64,000 nt of DNA from Auanema rhodensis (GCA_964057225.1 OZ059894.1:8246001-8310000), one strand, 5' to 3'; shown: positions 11,496 to 25,372, counted from the stretch's first letter. Program-made: numbers and translations. Notes: generated from the sequence alone by a model not told the origin.

Positions 11496-13429
11496 CTTTA
11501 TAGGACTCTTGGTTTGGAAAAACCGAGAATGGTGAGCTACGTGTGGGATGTTGACGTAAGGTGCGTAAGATTTTTTTAGATGTGTGTTGGGAGAGAGAAA
11601 GATTCGGGAGCAATAGGATAGTCATGCTTTGCTGGGCGATACGGAGGGTAAATGAGAGGGAGTTTTTCAAATCCTGGCCAGGAATCTGACTCCGCCTATC
11701 TACCGTAAGCTTATTATAGTTAATGATGTTTATCTCTTCGCAAAAACTATTTTTATCCGCTCTTGCACTTTCCTCTAATTTTGTTTTCTTACTGCTCTAG
11801 AATCTTTAAAAAAAACTTTATTCATGTCATCCCCTTTGTACTTTTGCGGCCTTTGGACATTTATTTTAAGGTTAGAAACAAAAGAAAAGAAAAGATAGAA
11901 AGAAAAAAATGGATTTCCAACGTTATAATCCCACTGGCATGACTTAAGTCCTGTGGAAATTATACGAATCCATCGTTGAGTACGATGGAGAAGGAGTTTT
12001 GGCTTATAGGCTAAATCTTGATATAATTTTAATGGTTCGTGTATCTCCATTTTATGTTTGATTATTTGATTACTTTAGTTTATCGAAGATCTTCAAATGT
12101 ATTATTTGGGGCAGGGCCATATAAACTTTGCCACCTTCGTAGATGTAGCTCCCGAAGTGGAGCTTGTTGGTCGAAGGTGCTTAGTTGATCTATGCGCTCA
12201 TGTATATAATGGTAGGGCCGGTTTATTAACCGCACGTCCTTGGGCCTGGTACCAGGAAAAGAGTCATTTTTATTATTATTTATTATATAGATTATTGTTT
12301 AAAATCTATATTGTTTATGATGACTCATTATTTGGTTTGGAACTTAGGGTTTCGCGAGGTTTAGAATATAGTGAAGATTTAATTGCGAGCGAAACTCCTA
12401 TGTTTCTTGCCTCTGAGTTTCGAACTCGGTTGCAAATCAAATACGGGTATTGACTGAACAAAGCTTGTACTCTGTGTTTTTTTTTGTGCACTTTGCACTG
12501 TTTTCGTCAAGAAAATGGCCTTATGTGTTTTTCAATCTTGTCCTCATTCCTTTTTCCTTAAATAGCATGTTTTGCTCAAAATGTTTTCGACATTGTGCAT
12601 GCTAATGAGGTTCGAGGAGAGTTATTGAAAAGGCTGTCCCTTTTCTTGATCAAAATAAGCAAAAGTGCGTTTTCCTAAGCGAATTTCTTTTTGAAAATGA
12701 GAAAAATACGTCTATTTTTGAACATTTCCAAATAACTTAGGATTACCGTAGGAGATAAGGGGTATCTTATGAGTTGAAACAACGAAATGATTTGAGGAAA
12801 GTGACATAATCTACGGGGATAAAATCCGTAGCAGTTATGCTTCCGCCAACTTGACCTGACTGTCAATTAAGAGCTGAGAAGTCCTATTGCAGGTTTACCA
12901 GGCTTTTTCGGACTAGTGTGGTCTCTTTTTATATTCAATTTATGTAACCGTTTTTGGTTTCCCGCAAAATAATATGTTAAATGGTCTTTTACGTCTGAAT
13001 ATAATAATATTTCAAAATTCTAGTCCTGACCACAAAATATACAAACTATAATCAATTGCGCGCGTCTTATAAATTTTTGTTCCAATAATCAAATTTCTCT
13101 ATGCCCAAAAAAAATGTGAACAACTATAATTTCTCGTTTGGCGAAATTGTCCTCTATTTCAATCCAAACGTCCTCAAAATAGCATGAGAAGCGGTACAAG
13201 ATACGATAAAGAAAAGGGTGGACATTCAGGCGGTTTTAAATTGAGGACGGCGTGCAAAAATTTTTATTGGTCCTATCTCGCATTTAAGCGAGATTCCTTG
13301 TATCTGTACCTTTAAACAAATTGGCGCCTTCATTTTGTTGTTTCAAGTGGAGGATTTATAATTTAGAATGCAAAAATGGACTTTTACAATAAAAAAAAAA
13401 ATTTTTTTTTGTTCAAAAGATGAGTTCGA

Positions 13430-13442
13430 GGTGGAACCTCCA
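13430..13442 (-). promoter_or_regulatory. Primer-binding site, tRNA-Gln
   Basis: TGGAGGTTCCACC is complementary to the metazoan tRNA-Gln 3' end GGTGGAACCT-CCA and abuts the 5' LTR. Confidence 0.85.
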
Positions 13443-13786
13443 CGTTCCGTTATGCTCCTGCGTCGATAATATAAACCATTGTAGTTTATACCATGACGCG
13501 AATAGTATTCCTTGGTGTAGCGGTAGGAATACAGAGCATAAGGTCAATCATAAGATAAAAGAGAGAAAGATTTATTGGCATGAAACTACAACAATAATAT
13601 ACAAAGATAAAGATACAATACAATAAGATAAATATAAGTATAAAGACTAAACTACAAGCCGTCCATGAGCTTGCTAAGAGGCGAACTCCCGACCAAGGGA
13701 ACGAGGGAAGGCGGAGCCATTCCTCGGTCCTCTGGTGGTCTGGCTCTAACCCTTCAGCTACATATATGGGGAGTCCGAATGGAACG
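13443..13786 (-). repeat. 5' LTR (344 bp)
   Basis: Followed on the minus strand by the PBS. Confidence 0.95.
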
Positions 13787-13967
13787 TAAGATAATGATAA
13801 GCTTCAAATCAAGCAAAATTAAAATTTTTATTCATCTACTCACGATCTCATTCATAAATTTTCTAGAAGGATTGGATAAAATAGACCAGAACATCAGAAA
13901 ATATGGATCATTGATTGATCTAAAACAAAAGTAGAAACTTCACAAGTCTAGATTGTTGAGTATATGT

Positions 13968-13987
13968 GCTTCCGTGGCGCAATAGGC

Positions 13988-14023
<36 letters not shown>

Positions 14024-14246
14024 GAGCCCACCCGGGAGCGAAATATTTTTGGTTTCCACAGTTCCAATTAAGCGAAATTAAAATTTTAATTCATCTACTT
14101 ACGATCTCATTCATAAATTTTCTAGAAGGATTGGATAAGATAGACCAGAACATCAGAAAATATGGATCATTGACTGATCTAAAACAGAAGTAGAAACTTC
14201 ACAAGTCTAGATTGTTGAGTATATGTGCTTCCGTGGCGCAATAGGC

Positions 14247-14282
<36 letters not shown>

Positions 14283-14505
14283 GAGCCCACCCGGGAGCGA
14301 AATATTTTTGGTTTCCACAGTTCCAATTAAGCAAAATTAAAATTTTAATTCATCTACTTACAATCTCATTCATAAATTTTCTAGAAGGATTGGATAAGAT
14401 AGACCAGAACATCAGAAAATATGGATCATTGACTGATCTAAAACAGAAGTAGAAACTTCACAAGTCTAGATTGTTGAGTATATGTGCTTCCGTGGCGCAA
14501 TAGGC

Positions 14506-14541
<36 letters not shown>

Positions 14542-14776
14542 GAGCCCACCCGGGAGCGAAATATTTTTGGTTTCCACAGTTCCAATTAAGCTTCAAATCA
14601 AGCAAAATTAAAATTTTTATTCATCTACTCACGATCTCATTCATAAATTTTCTAGAAGGATTGGATAAAATAGACCAGAACATCAGAAAATATGGATCAT
14701 TGATTGATCTAAAACAAAAGTAGAAACTTCACAAGTCTAGATTGTTGAGTATATGTGCTTCCGTGGCGCAATAGGC

Positions 14777-14812
<36 letters not shown>

Positions 14813-15047
14813 GAGCCCACCCGGGAGCGAAATATTTTTGGTTTCCACAGTTCCAATTAAGCTTCAAATTAAGCAAAATTAAAATTTTTATTCATCTACT
14901 TACGATCTCATTCATAAATTTTCTAGAAGGATTGGATAAAATAGACCAGAACATCAGAAAATATGGATCATTGATTGATCTAAAACAAAAGTAGAAACTT
15001 CACAAGTCTAGATTGTTGAGTATATGTGCTTCAGTGGCGCAATAGGC

Positions 15048-15083
<36 letters not shown>

Positions 15084-15318
15084 GAGCCCACCCGGGAGCG
15101 AAATATTTTTGGTTTCCACAGTTCAAATTAAGCTTCAAATTAAGCAAAATTAAAATTTTAATTCATCTACTCACGATCTCATTCATAAATTTTCTAGAAG
15201 GATTGGATAAGATAGACCAGAACATCAGAAAATATGGATCATTGACTGATCTAAAACAGAAGTAGAACCTTCACAAGTCTAGATTGTTGAGTATATGTGC
15301 TTCCGTGGCGCAATAGGC

Positions 15319-15354
<36 letters not shown>

Positions 15355-15577
15355 GAGCCCACCCGGGAGCGAAATATTTTTGGTTTCCACAGTTCCAATT
15401 AAGCGAAATTAAAATTTTAATTCATCTACTTACGATCTCATTCATAAATTTTCTAGAAGGATTGGATAAGATAGACCAGAACATCAGAAAATATGGATCA
15501 TTCACTGATCTAAAACAGAAGTAGAACCTTCACAAGTCTAGATTGTTGAGTAATTGTGCTTCCGTGGCGCAATAGGC

Positions 15578-15613
<36 letters not shown>

Positions 15614-15848
15614 GAGCCCACCCGGGAGCGAAATATTTTTGGTTTCCACAGTTCCAATTAAGCTTCAAATCAAGCAAAATTAAAATTTTTATTCATCTAC
15701 TCACGATCTCATTCATAAATTTTCTAGAAGGATTGGATAAGATAGACCAGAACATCAGAAAATATGGATCATTGACTGATCTAAAACAGAAGTAGAACCT
15801 TCACAAGTCTAGATTGTTGAGTATATGTGCTTCCGTGGCGCAATAGGC

Positions 15849-15884
<36 letters not shown>

Positions 15885-16119
15885 GAGCCCACCCGGGAGC
15901 GAAACATTTTTGATTTCCACAGTTCAAATTAAGCTTCAAATTAAGCAAAATTAAAATTTTAATTGCTCTACTTACGATCTCATTCATAAATTTTCTAGAA
16001 GGATTGGATAAGATAGAGCAAAACATGAGAAAATTTGGATCATTGACTGATCTAAAACAGAAGTAGAAACTTCACAAGTCTAGATTGTTGAGTATATGTG
16101 CTTCCGTGGCGCAATAGGC

Positions 16120-16155
<36 letters not shown>

Positions 16156-16390
16156 GAGCCCACCCGGGAGCGAAATATTTTTGGTTTCCACAGTTCCAAT
16201 TAAGCTTCAAATCAAGCAAAATTAAAATTTTAATTCATCTACTTACAATCTCATTCATAAATTTTCTAGAAGGATTGGATAAGATAGACCAGAACATCAG
16301 AAAATATGGATCATTGACTGATCTAAAACAGAAGTAGAAACTTCACAAGTCTAGATTGTTGAGTATATGTGCTTCCGTGGCGCAATAGGC

Positions 16391-16426
<36 letters not shown>

Positions 16427-16661
16427 GAGCCCACCCGGGAGCGAAATATTTTTGGTTTCCACAGTTCCAATTAAGCTTCAAATCAAGCAAAATTAAAATT
16501 TTAATTCATCTACTTACAATCTCATTCATAAATTTTCTAGAAGGATTGGATAAGATAGACCAGAACATCAGAAAATATGGATCATTGACTGATCTAAAAC
16601 AGAAGTAGAAACTTCACAAGTCTAGATTGTTGAGTATATGTGCTTCCGTGGCGCAATAGGC

Positions 16662-16697
<36 letters not shown>

Positions 16698-16932
16698 GAG
16701 CCCACCCGGGAGCGAAATATTTTTGGTTTCCACAGTTCAAATTAAGCTTCAAATTAAGCAAAATTAAAATTTTAATTCATCTACTCACGATCTCATTCAT
16801 AAATTTTCTAGAAGGATTGGATAAGATAGACCAGAACATCAGAAAATATGGATCATTGACTGATCTAAAACAGAAGTAGAACCTTCACAAGTCTAGATTG
16901 TTGAGTATATGTGCTTCCGTGGCGCAATAGGC

Positions 16933-16968
<36 letters not shown>

Positions 16969-17191
16969 GAGCCCACCCGGGAGCGAAATATTTTTGGTTT
17001 CCACAGTTCCAATTAAGCGAAATTAAAATTTTAATTCATCTACTTACGATCTCATTCATAAATTTTCTAGAAGGATTGGATAAGATAGACCAGAACATCA
17101 GAAAATATGGATCATTCACTGATCTAAAACAGAAGTAGAACCTTCACAAGTCTAGATTGTTGAGTAATTGTGCTTCCGTGGCGCAATAGGC

Positions 17192-17227
<36 letters not shown>

Positions 17228-17462
17228 GAGCCCACCCGGGAGCGAAATATTTTTGGTTTCCACAGTTCCAATTAAGCTTCAAATCAAGCAAAATTAAAAT
17301 TTTAATTCATCTACTTACAATCTCATTCATAAATTTTCTAGAAGGATTGGATAAGATAGACCAGAACATCAGAAAATATGGATCATTGACTGATCTAAAA
17401 CAGAAGTAGAAACTTCACAAGTCTAGATTGTTGAGTATATGTGCTTCCGTGGCGCAATAGGC

Positions 17463-17498
<36 letters not shown>

Positions 17499-17721
17499 GA
17501 GCCCACCCGGGAGCGAAATATTTTTGGTTTCCACAGTTCCAATTAAGCGAAATTAAAATTTTAATTCATCTACTTACGATCTCATTCATAAATTTTCTAG
17601 AAGGATTGGATAAGATAGACCAGAACATCAGAAAATATGGATCATTGACTGATCTAAAACAGAAGTAGAAACTTCACAAGTCTAGATTGTTGAGTATATG
17701 TGCTTCCGTGGCGCAATAGGC

Positions 17722-17757
<36 letters not shown>

Positions 17758-17994
17758 GAGCCCACCCGGGAGCGAAATATTTTTGGTTTCCACAGTTCCA
17801 ATTAAGCTTCAAATCAAGCAAAATTAAAATTTTTATTCATCTACTCACGATCTCATTCATAAATTTTCTAGAAGGATTGGATAAGATAGACCAGAACATC
17901 AGAAAATATGGATCATTGACTGATCTAAAACAGAAGTAGAACCTTCACAAGTCTAGATTGTTGAGTATATGTGCTTCCGTGGCGCAATAGGCAA

Positions 17995-18028
<34 letters not shown>

Positions 18029-18263
18029 GAGCCCACCCGGGAGCGAAACATTTTTGATTTCCACAGTTCAAATTAAGCTTCAAATCAAGCAAAATTAAAA
18101 TTTTTATTCATCTACTCACGATCTCATTCATAAATTTTCTAGAAGGATTGGATAAGATAGACCAGAACATCAGAAAATATGGATCATTGACTGATCTAAA
18201 ACAGAAGTAGAACCTTCACAAGTCTAGATTGTTGAGTAGATGTGCTTCCGTGGCGCAATAGGC

Positions 18264-18299
<36 letters not shown>

Positions 18300-18534
18300 G
18301 AGCCCACCCGGGAGCGAAACATTTTTGATTTCCACAGTTCAAATTAAGCTTCAAATTAAGCAAAATTAAAATTTTAATTGCTCTACTTACGATCTCATTC
18401 ATAAATTTTCTAGAAGGATTGGATAAGATAGAGCAAAACATGAGAAAATTTGGATCATTGACTGATCTAAAACAGAAGTAGAAACTTCACAAGTCTAGAT
18501 TGTTGAGTATATGTGCTTCCGTGGCGCAATAGGC

Positions 18535-18570
<36 letters not shown>

Positions 18571-18805
18571 GAGCCCACCCGGGAGCGAAATATTTTTGGT
18601 TTCCACAGTTCCAATTAAGCTTCAAATTAAGCAAAATTAAAATTTTTATTCATCTACTTACGATCTCATTCATAAATTTTCTAGAAGGATTGGATAAGAT
18701 AGACCAGAACATCAGAAAATATGGATCATTGACTGATCTAAAACAGAAGTAGAAACTTCACAAGTCTAGATTGTTGAGTATATGTGCTTCCGTGGCGCAA
18801 TAGGC

Positions 18806-18841
<36 letters not shown>

Positions 18842-19076
18842 GAGCCCACCCGGGAGCGAAATATTTTTGGTTTCCACAGTTCCAATTAAGCTTCAAATCA
18901 AGCAAAATTAAAATTTTAATTCATCTACTTACAATCTCATTCATAAATTTTCTAGAAGGATTGGATAAGATAGACCAGAACATCAGAAAATATGGATCAT
19001 TGACTGATCTAAAACAGAAGTAGAAACTTCACAAGTCTAGATTGTTGAGTATATGTGCTTCCGTGGCGCAATAGGC

Positions 19077-19112
<36 letters not shown>

Positions 19113-19347
19113 GAGCCCACCCGGGAGCGAAATATTTTTGGTTTCCACAGTTCCAATTAAGCTTCAAATCAAGCAAAATTAAAATTTTAATTCATCTACT
19201 TACAATCTCATTCATAAATTTTCTAGAAGGATTGGATAAGATAGACCAGAACATCAGAAAATATGGATCATTGACTGATCTAAAACAGAAGTAGAAACTT
19301 CACAAGTCTAGATTGTTGAGTATATGTGCTTCCGTGGCGCAATAGGC

Positions 19348-19383
<36 letters not shown>

Positions 19384-19606
19384 GAGCCCACCCGGGAGCG
19401 AAATATTTTTGGTTTCCACAGTTCCAATTAAGCGAAATTAAAATTTTAATTCATCTACTTACGATCTCATTCATAAATTTTCTAGAAGGATTGGATAAGA
19501 TAGACCAGAACATCAGAAAATATGGATCATTGACTGATCTAAAACAGAAGTAGAAACTTCACAAGTCTAGATTGTTGAGTATATGTGCTTCCGTGGCGCA
19601 ATAGGC

Positions 19607-19642
<36 letters not shown>

Positions 19643-19865
19643 GAGCCCACCCGGGAGCGAAATATTTTTGGTTTCCACAGTTCCAATTAAGCAAAATTAA
19701 AATTTTAATTGCTCTACTTACAATCTCATTCATAAATTTTCTAGAAGGATTGGATAAGATAGACCAGAACATCAGAAAATATGGATCATTGACTGATCTA
19801 AAACAGAAGTAGAAACTTCACAAGTCTAGATTGTTGAGTATATGTGCTTCCGTGGCGCAATAGGC

Positions 19866-19901
<36 letters not shown>

Positions 19902-20136
19902 GAGCCCACCCGGGAGCGAAATATTTTTGGTTTCCACAGTTCCAATTAAGCTTCAAATCAAGCAAAATTAAAATTTTTATTCATCTACTCACGATCTCAT
20001 TCATAAATTTTCTAGAAGGATTGGATAAGATAGACCAGAACATCAGAAAATATGGATCATTGACTGATCTAAAACAGAAGTAGAAACTTCACAAGTCTAG
20101 ATTGTTGAGTATATGTGCTTCCGTGGCGCAATAGGC

Positions 20137-20172
<36 letters not shown>

Positions 20173-20407
20173 GAGCCCACCCGGGAGCGAAATATTTTTG
20201 GTTTCCACAGTTCCAATTAAGCTTCAAATCAAGCAAAATTAAAATTTTAATTCATCTACTTACAATCTCATTCATAAATTTTCTAGAAGGATTGGATAAG
20301 ATAGACCAGAACATCAGAAAATATGGATCATTGACTGATCTAAAACAGAAGTAGAAACTTCACAAGTCTAGATTGTTGAGTATATGTGCTTCCGTGGCGC
20401 AATAGGC

Positions 20408-20443
<36 letters not shown>

Positions 20444-20678
20444 GAGCCCACCCGGGAGCGAAATATTTTTGGTTTCCACAGTTCCAATTAAGCTTCAAAT
20501 CAAGCAAAATTAAAATTTTTATTCATCTACTCACGATCTCATTCATAAATTTTCTAGAAGGATTGGATAAGATAGACCAGAACATCAGAAAATATGGATC
20601 ATTGACTGATCTAAAACAGAAGTAGAAACTTCACAAGTCTAGATTGTTGAGTATATGTGCTTCCGTGGCGCAATAGGC

Positions 20679-20714
<36 letters not shown>

Positions 20715-20949
20715 GAGCCCACCCGGGAGCGAAACATTTTTGATTTCCACAGTTCAAATTAAGCTTCAAATTAAGCAAAATTAAAATTTTAATTGCTCTA
20801 CTTACGATCTCATTCATAAATTTTCTAGAAGGATTGGATAAAATAGACCAGAACATCAGAAAATATGGATCATTGATTGATCTAAAACAAAAGTAGAAAC
20901 TTCACAAGTCTAGATTGTTGAGTATATGTGCTTCCGTGGCGCAATAGGC

Positions 20950-20985
<36 letters not shown>

Positions 20986-21220
20986 GAGCCCACCCGGGAG
21001 CGAAATATTTTTGGTTTCCACAGTTCCAATTAAGCTTCAAATTAAGCAAAATTAAAATTTTTATTCATCTACTTACGATCTCATTCATAAATGTTCTAGA
21101 AGGATTGGATAAGATAGAGCAAAACATGAGAAAATTTGGATCATTGACTGATCTAAAACAAAAGTAGAAACTTCACAAGTCTAGATTGTTGAGTATATGT
21201 GCTTCAGTGGCGCAATAGGC

Positions 21221-21256
<36 letters not shown>

Positions 21257-21491
21257 GAGCCCACCCGGGAGCGAAATATTTTTGGTTTCCACAGTTCAAA
21301 TTAAGCTTCAAATTAAGCAAAATTAAAATTTTAATTCATCTACTCACGATCTCATTCATAAATTTTCTAGAAGGATTGGATAAGATAGACCAGAACATCA
21401 GAAAATATGGATCATTGACTGATCTAAAACAGAAGTAGAACCTTCACAAGTCTAGATTGTTGAGTATATGTGCTTCCGTGGCGCAATAGGC

Positions 21492-21527
<36 letters not shown>

Positions 21528-21750
21528 GAGCCCACCCGGGAGCGAAATATTTTTGGTTTCCACAGTTCCAATTAAGCGAAATTAAAATTTTAATTCATCT
21601 ACTTACGATCTCATTCATAAATTTTCTAGAAGGATTGGATAAGATAGACCAGAACATCAGAAAATATGGATCATTGACTGATCTAAAACAGAAGTAGAAC
21701 CTTCACAAGTCTAGATTGTTGAGTAATTGTGCTTCCGTGGCGCAATAGGC

Positions 21751-21786
<36 letters not shown>

Positions 21787-21803
21787 GAGCCCACCCGGGA
21801 GCG
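13968..21803 (+). tRNA. trnN-GTT: Block of 30 tRNA-Asn(GTT) genes
   Basis: Manual count of unit starts. Confidence 0.95.
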
Positions 21804-22241
21804 AAATATTTTTGGTTTCCACAGTTCCAATTAAGCTTCAAATCAAGCAAAATTAAAATTTTTATTCATCTACTCACGATCTCATTCATAAATTTTCTAG
21901 AAGGCGTTCCATTCGGAAATCAATACGTAGCAGGTGGGTTAGAATCAGACGACATGAGGCTGAGAGAGGACGACACGCCCTTCATATGGAACACAGACTT
22001 CAGCTTTGCCTTATGGAATGACTATGGATGGTTGGTCTTCCTTTCTTAGCTCTCTTTCACTTTATATCTTTATGTAGACTTATATAACTTATTGTAATCA
22101 TGTAGACATAATAAACCTTTCTTTCTCGAGTCTTATGTTTATCCATTATGCTCTTTATCTACCGCTACATCTGGAATACTATCACACTCATCTTGTAGGC
22201 TTTATTGGTCTATAGGATCGACGTGAGAGCATAACGGAACG

Positions 22242-22254
22242 TGGAGGTTCCACC
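22242..22254 (+). promoter_or_regulatory. Primer-binding site, tRNA-Gln
   Basis: TGGAGGTTCCACC immediately after the LTR. Confidence 0.85.
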
Positions 22255-23650
22255 TCGAACATTTTTATCTTGATTTCTTGACTATTTTCTCTTATATTTC
22301 GTTATTTTTACTACATTTCATTGAATCTGAATTCTCTTATATCTCTACACCATCTACTCCATGTCTTAACACAATACGGTGGGGCCAACAACGTTTAAAA
22401 GGGAACAGATGCAAGGACCACTCCTTTTGGAGATGGATTTTATATTTTTTGAAACTGAAGTTATATTTTCCCGTTTGTTCACAATTTTCTGTCTGTCTGA
22501 ACCCAACAATTTTTGTATCCTTGCTGTTAACATCAAATACTCTGTTACCCGAACTCGAAGCATTTTTGAGGACCCTAGGATGAATTAGTGAACAAATTCA
22601 CCCAAGGATAATTTTTATTGAGATTTATGCCCACACTTTCCCCTTTTAAGGATTGATTTTGGCTTCGAGGAAAGAATAGCCACGGTTATTTCTTTATTTT
22701 TGTGGATGAAACAATTTTGCGCACCAAATTGAGATTATTTCATATTTTGCGATCAGGACTATTTTATTTTGCGTTACATTTCTGTTCAGACAACTTTTTG
22801 CCATTAACATCCGAAAATATTTTGATAACGCATTGAATTTACACGGGAAACCTCACCTAAATGGGAGGAATATTATGAAAAGTGAATTTTAAGATCGCTA
22901 TAGTCCGAAAAATCCTGTACAATTTTACGAACTGAATTATTATTAGTGATTGTCTATCAGGTCGTGTTGGCTTAAGCATATCAGTTTGGATTTTCTCCCC
23001 TTACTATATGTCACCTTCCTCATACCGTTATTGTTGTTTTGAAGCATAAGACTCATTCCTAAACACCATAATTCTTTAAATATAGTTATTGTAATCTTTA
23101 GTCATCTATTCCTAACCATAATTTTAAAACTAGATTTCTGATCATGATGGGACTACGGTACTCATTCGTTTTCCAAATTGCTTCCTTAAAAGAGTAATGC
23201 TATTACGGATGTACATTATGAAAACCGCTAAAATCCTTTGAACATTTACCAAAGTCCATTTTCGTGGCATTTTCGATCACTCGTGAGTCCAAGAAGATCA
23301 GAATCGTCAGAAAAAGAAAAAAAAATGGGAATAAGGACTAATGAGATTGCTCAGGCATCAATCAAGTGAGCACTGAACATTTTTGAACATATACAAACTG
23401 GTTGAATTATATACATTTAAGAATATTAAATTGGAAAGCGAACAAAGTCCAAATTTTCATACGGTAGTAGGCGGATCTCTGTTAAAGGCCACAACTTAGA
23501 TTCATTCCTTAACGCCGACTATACAAACCAGTTACGCACAGCTTTCTCACCCCTTTTCCAAAACTCCTTATCCATAACACTCATTAACGTCTCAAAATCC
23601 CCCACGTTACTAAACACTCAAGGTTTTTCCAAACCAAGAGCGCTACCAAA

Positions 23651-24165
23651 GTGGATAAGCGATTTCGATCAGCTGTACCTCTCAGTACACGAACTGATTT
23701 TGATCTGCGAGACTCAGCTCCACTCACCCGAAGCCGAGCTCGCGCACAAAGCATCGCTATAATCGAAGACGAGCAGAAAGCCGAGCACAAAACCGACAAA
23801 TTCTTTACTCCTCGTGCAGGCACTTATTCACCTACTGAACGATTAAGCGACGAGGATTACGTACCACCAGGAGGAGAAGAAACATCCATCATAGTGGAAG
23901 AACAAACACCAGTTACTGCTAAGAAGTCAACAACGTTGAAGGAAACATGGTACAACTCAAGAATCCATTTGGAAAAATTCAAGACGTACACAAAGACAAT
24001 CTCAAACTTTTGCGATCAAATACAACGACTTATGACACGGACGACGACAGCGATATTGAGATCATAAAAGTCATAAATGGTAACGATAACTATGACTCTA
24101 CTGAAGAAACAGAACCAGAAGACCCATCGGACCAAAATTGGCTACCACCAAGAAGAAGACGATGA
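23651..24165 (+). pseudogene. Deleted polyprotein: first ~90 codons joined out of frame to the integrase C-terminal tail
   Basis: 23651-23922 matches aa 1-91 of the 2894-aa ORF. 23947-24165 matches its C-terminus (MVQLKNPFG...NWLPPRRRR) with a further small deletion. Confidence 0.93.
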
Positions 24166-25299
24166 AAGAAATAATTTCGAGATTGATAAAATTATTGTAA
24201 AACTTTGTATCAACTCTCTTTTAAAAAACCAGAGCTATTAATATTATTATATCATTGAAAAACTTGAGTAAGACGAGATGTAAGCTAGTAATGAAAAAGC
24301 ATTTCAGTTTCAAAGCATATATGATTATAAAACTTCATCAATTTCAAATAATTTCCCGTAAATAAAGAAGAAATGAAAGATAAGAGACATTATATTGCAT
24401 ATTCATCTGAGCAACAGTCCTTATCAAGTAGTTAATGATTCAATTCCGGAAATTATATGGGATTTAGTTTAATTTTTTTTATTATTACAATTCGCTTTGA
24501 ATACGCTGAAGAAACATGCTAGCTCCATCGATAATATAGCATGACTCTCGTTTCTCTATACTCAAACAAGTTAGACATGCAGCGTCGTGCCTAAAAAGCT
24601 ATTTTGCGCACTCTCGCTGACAAAATATAGCCCTGGTATTCTAAAAGATTGTTTTATTCCTTAATATTCATGTATTTTCAAATAATTTTTATTAAATTCT
24701 TTTCAGATAATATTGTTTAACATTATATTGTAATTTATCTTTACTATTTTTATGTTAACATTGTAATTTTTATTTTTCAAAACTAAACCTTCTACTACGA
24801 TTGAAACAAGCCACATATTTTGCTATTCGCGAGGACGCGCCATAAACTCGAAAAAATGGCACGTTCCATTCGGAAATCAATACGTAGCAGGTGGGTTAGA
24901 ATCAGACGACATGAGGCTGAGAGAGGACGACACGCCCTTCATATGGAACACAGACTTCAGCTTTGCCTTATGGAATGACTATGGATGGTTGGTCTTCCTT
25001 TCTTAGCTCTCTTTCACTTTATATCTTTATGTAGACTTATATAACTTATTGTAATCATGTAGACATAATAAACCTTTCTTTCTCGAGTCTTATGTTTATC
25101 CATTATGCTCTTTATCTACCGCTACATCTGGAATACTATCACACTCATCTTGTAGGCTTTATTGGTCTATAGGATCGACGTGAGAGCATAACGGAACGAA
25201 GGATTGGATAAGATAGACCAGAACATCAGAAAATATGGATCATTGACTGATCTAAAACAGAAGTAGAACCTTCACAAGTCTAGATTGTTGAGTATATGT

Positions 25300-25319
25300 G
25301 CTTCCGTGGCGCAATAGGC

Positions 25320-25355
<36 letters not shown>

Positions 25356-25372
25356 GAGCCCACCCGGGAGCG
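25300..25372 (+). tRNA. trnN-GTT: tRNA-Asn(GTT) between two LTRs
   Basis: Canonical array copy. Confidence 0.95.

Larger units (their letters stand above)
9737..13786 (-). mobile_element. Non-autonomous Ty3/Gypsy LTR element, sister family of the 44203-55668 element
   Basis: 344-bp LTRs at 9737-10080 and 13443-13786 (near-identical), TAAG TSD (9733-9736 / 13787-13790), tRNA-Gln PBS, purine tract AAAAAAGGGCA before the 3' LTR, gag N-terminal remnant, no pol. Confidence 0.93.
21905..25198 (+). mobile_element. Internally deleted (non-autonomous) copy of the Gypsy element at 44203-55668
   Basis: 337-bp LTRs at 21905-22241 and 24862-25198, AAGG TSD, tRNA-Gln PBS at 22242-22254, purine tract GAAAAAATGGCA. 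Internal sequence is the reverse complement of the full element, lacking about 8.1 kb (junction near 23922). Confidence 0.96.

Noticed and set aside
9959-13934. Short ORFs in the LTRs and leader of the sister-family element, and LTR/array fusion ORFs
   Set aside because: No domain signatures and no shared ORF with the related element; only the gag remnant is supported.
21900-21904. 5-bp TSD GAAGG for the deleted element
   Set aside because: The extra G belongs to the LTR end GGAACG; the TAAG insertion only fits a 4-bp TSD.
23620-23635. GGTTTTTCC as a programmed frameshift entry into gag
   Set aside because: Amino-acid conservation in the gag frame already begins upstream of this motif, so it is better explained as conserved RFFQ codons.
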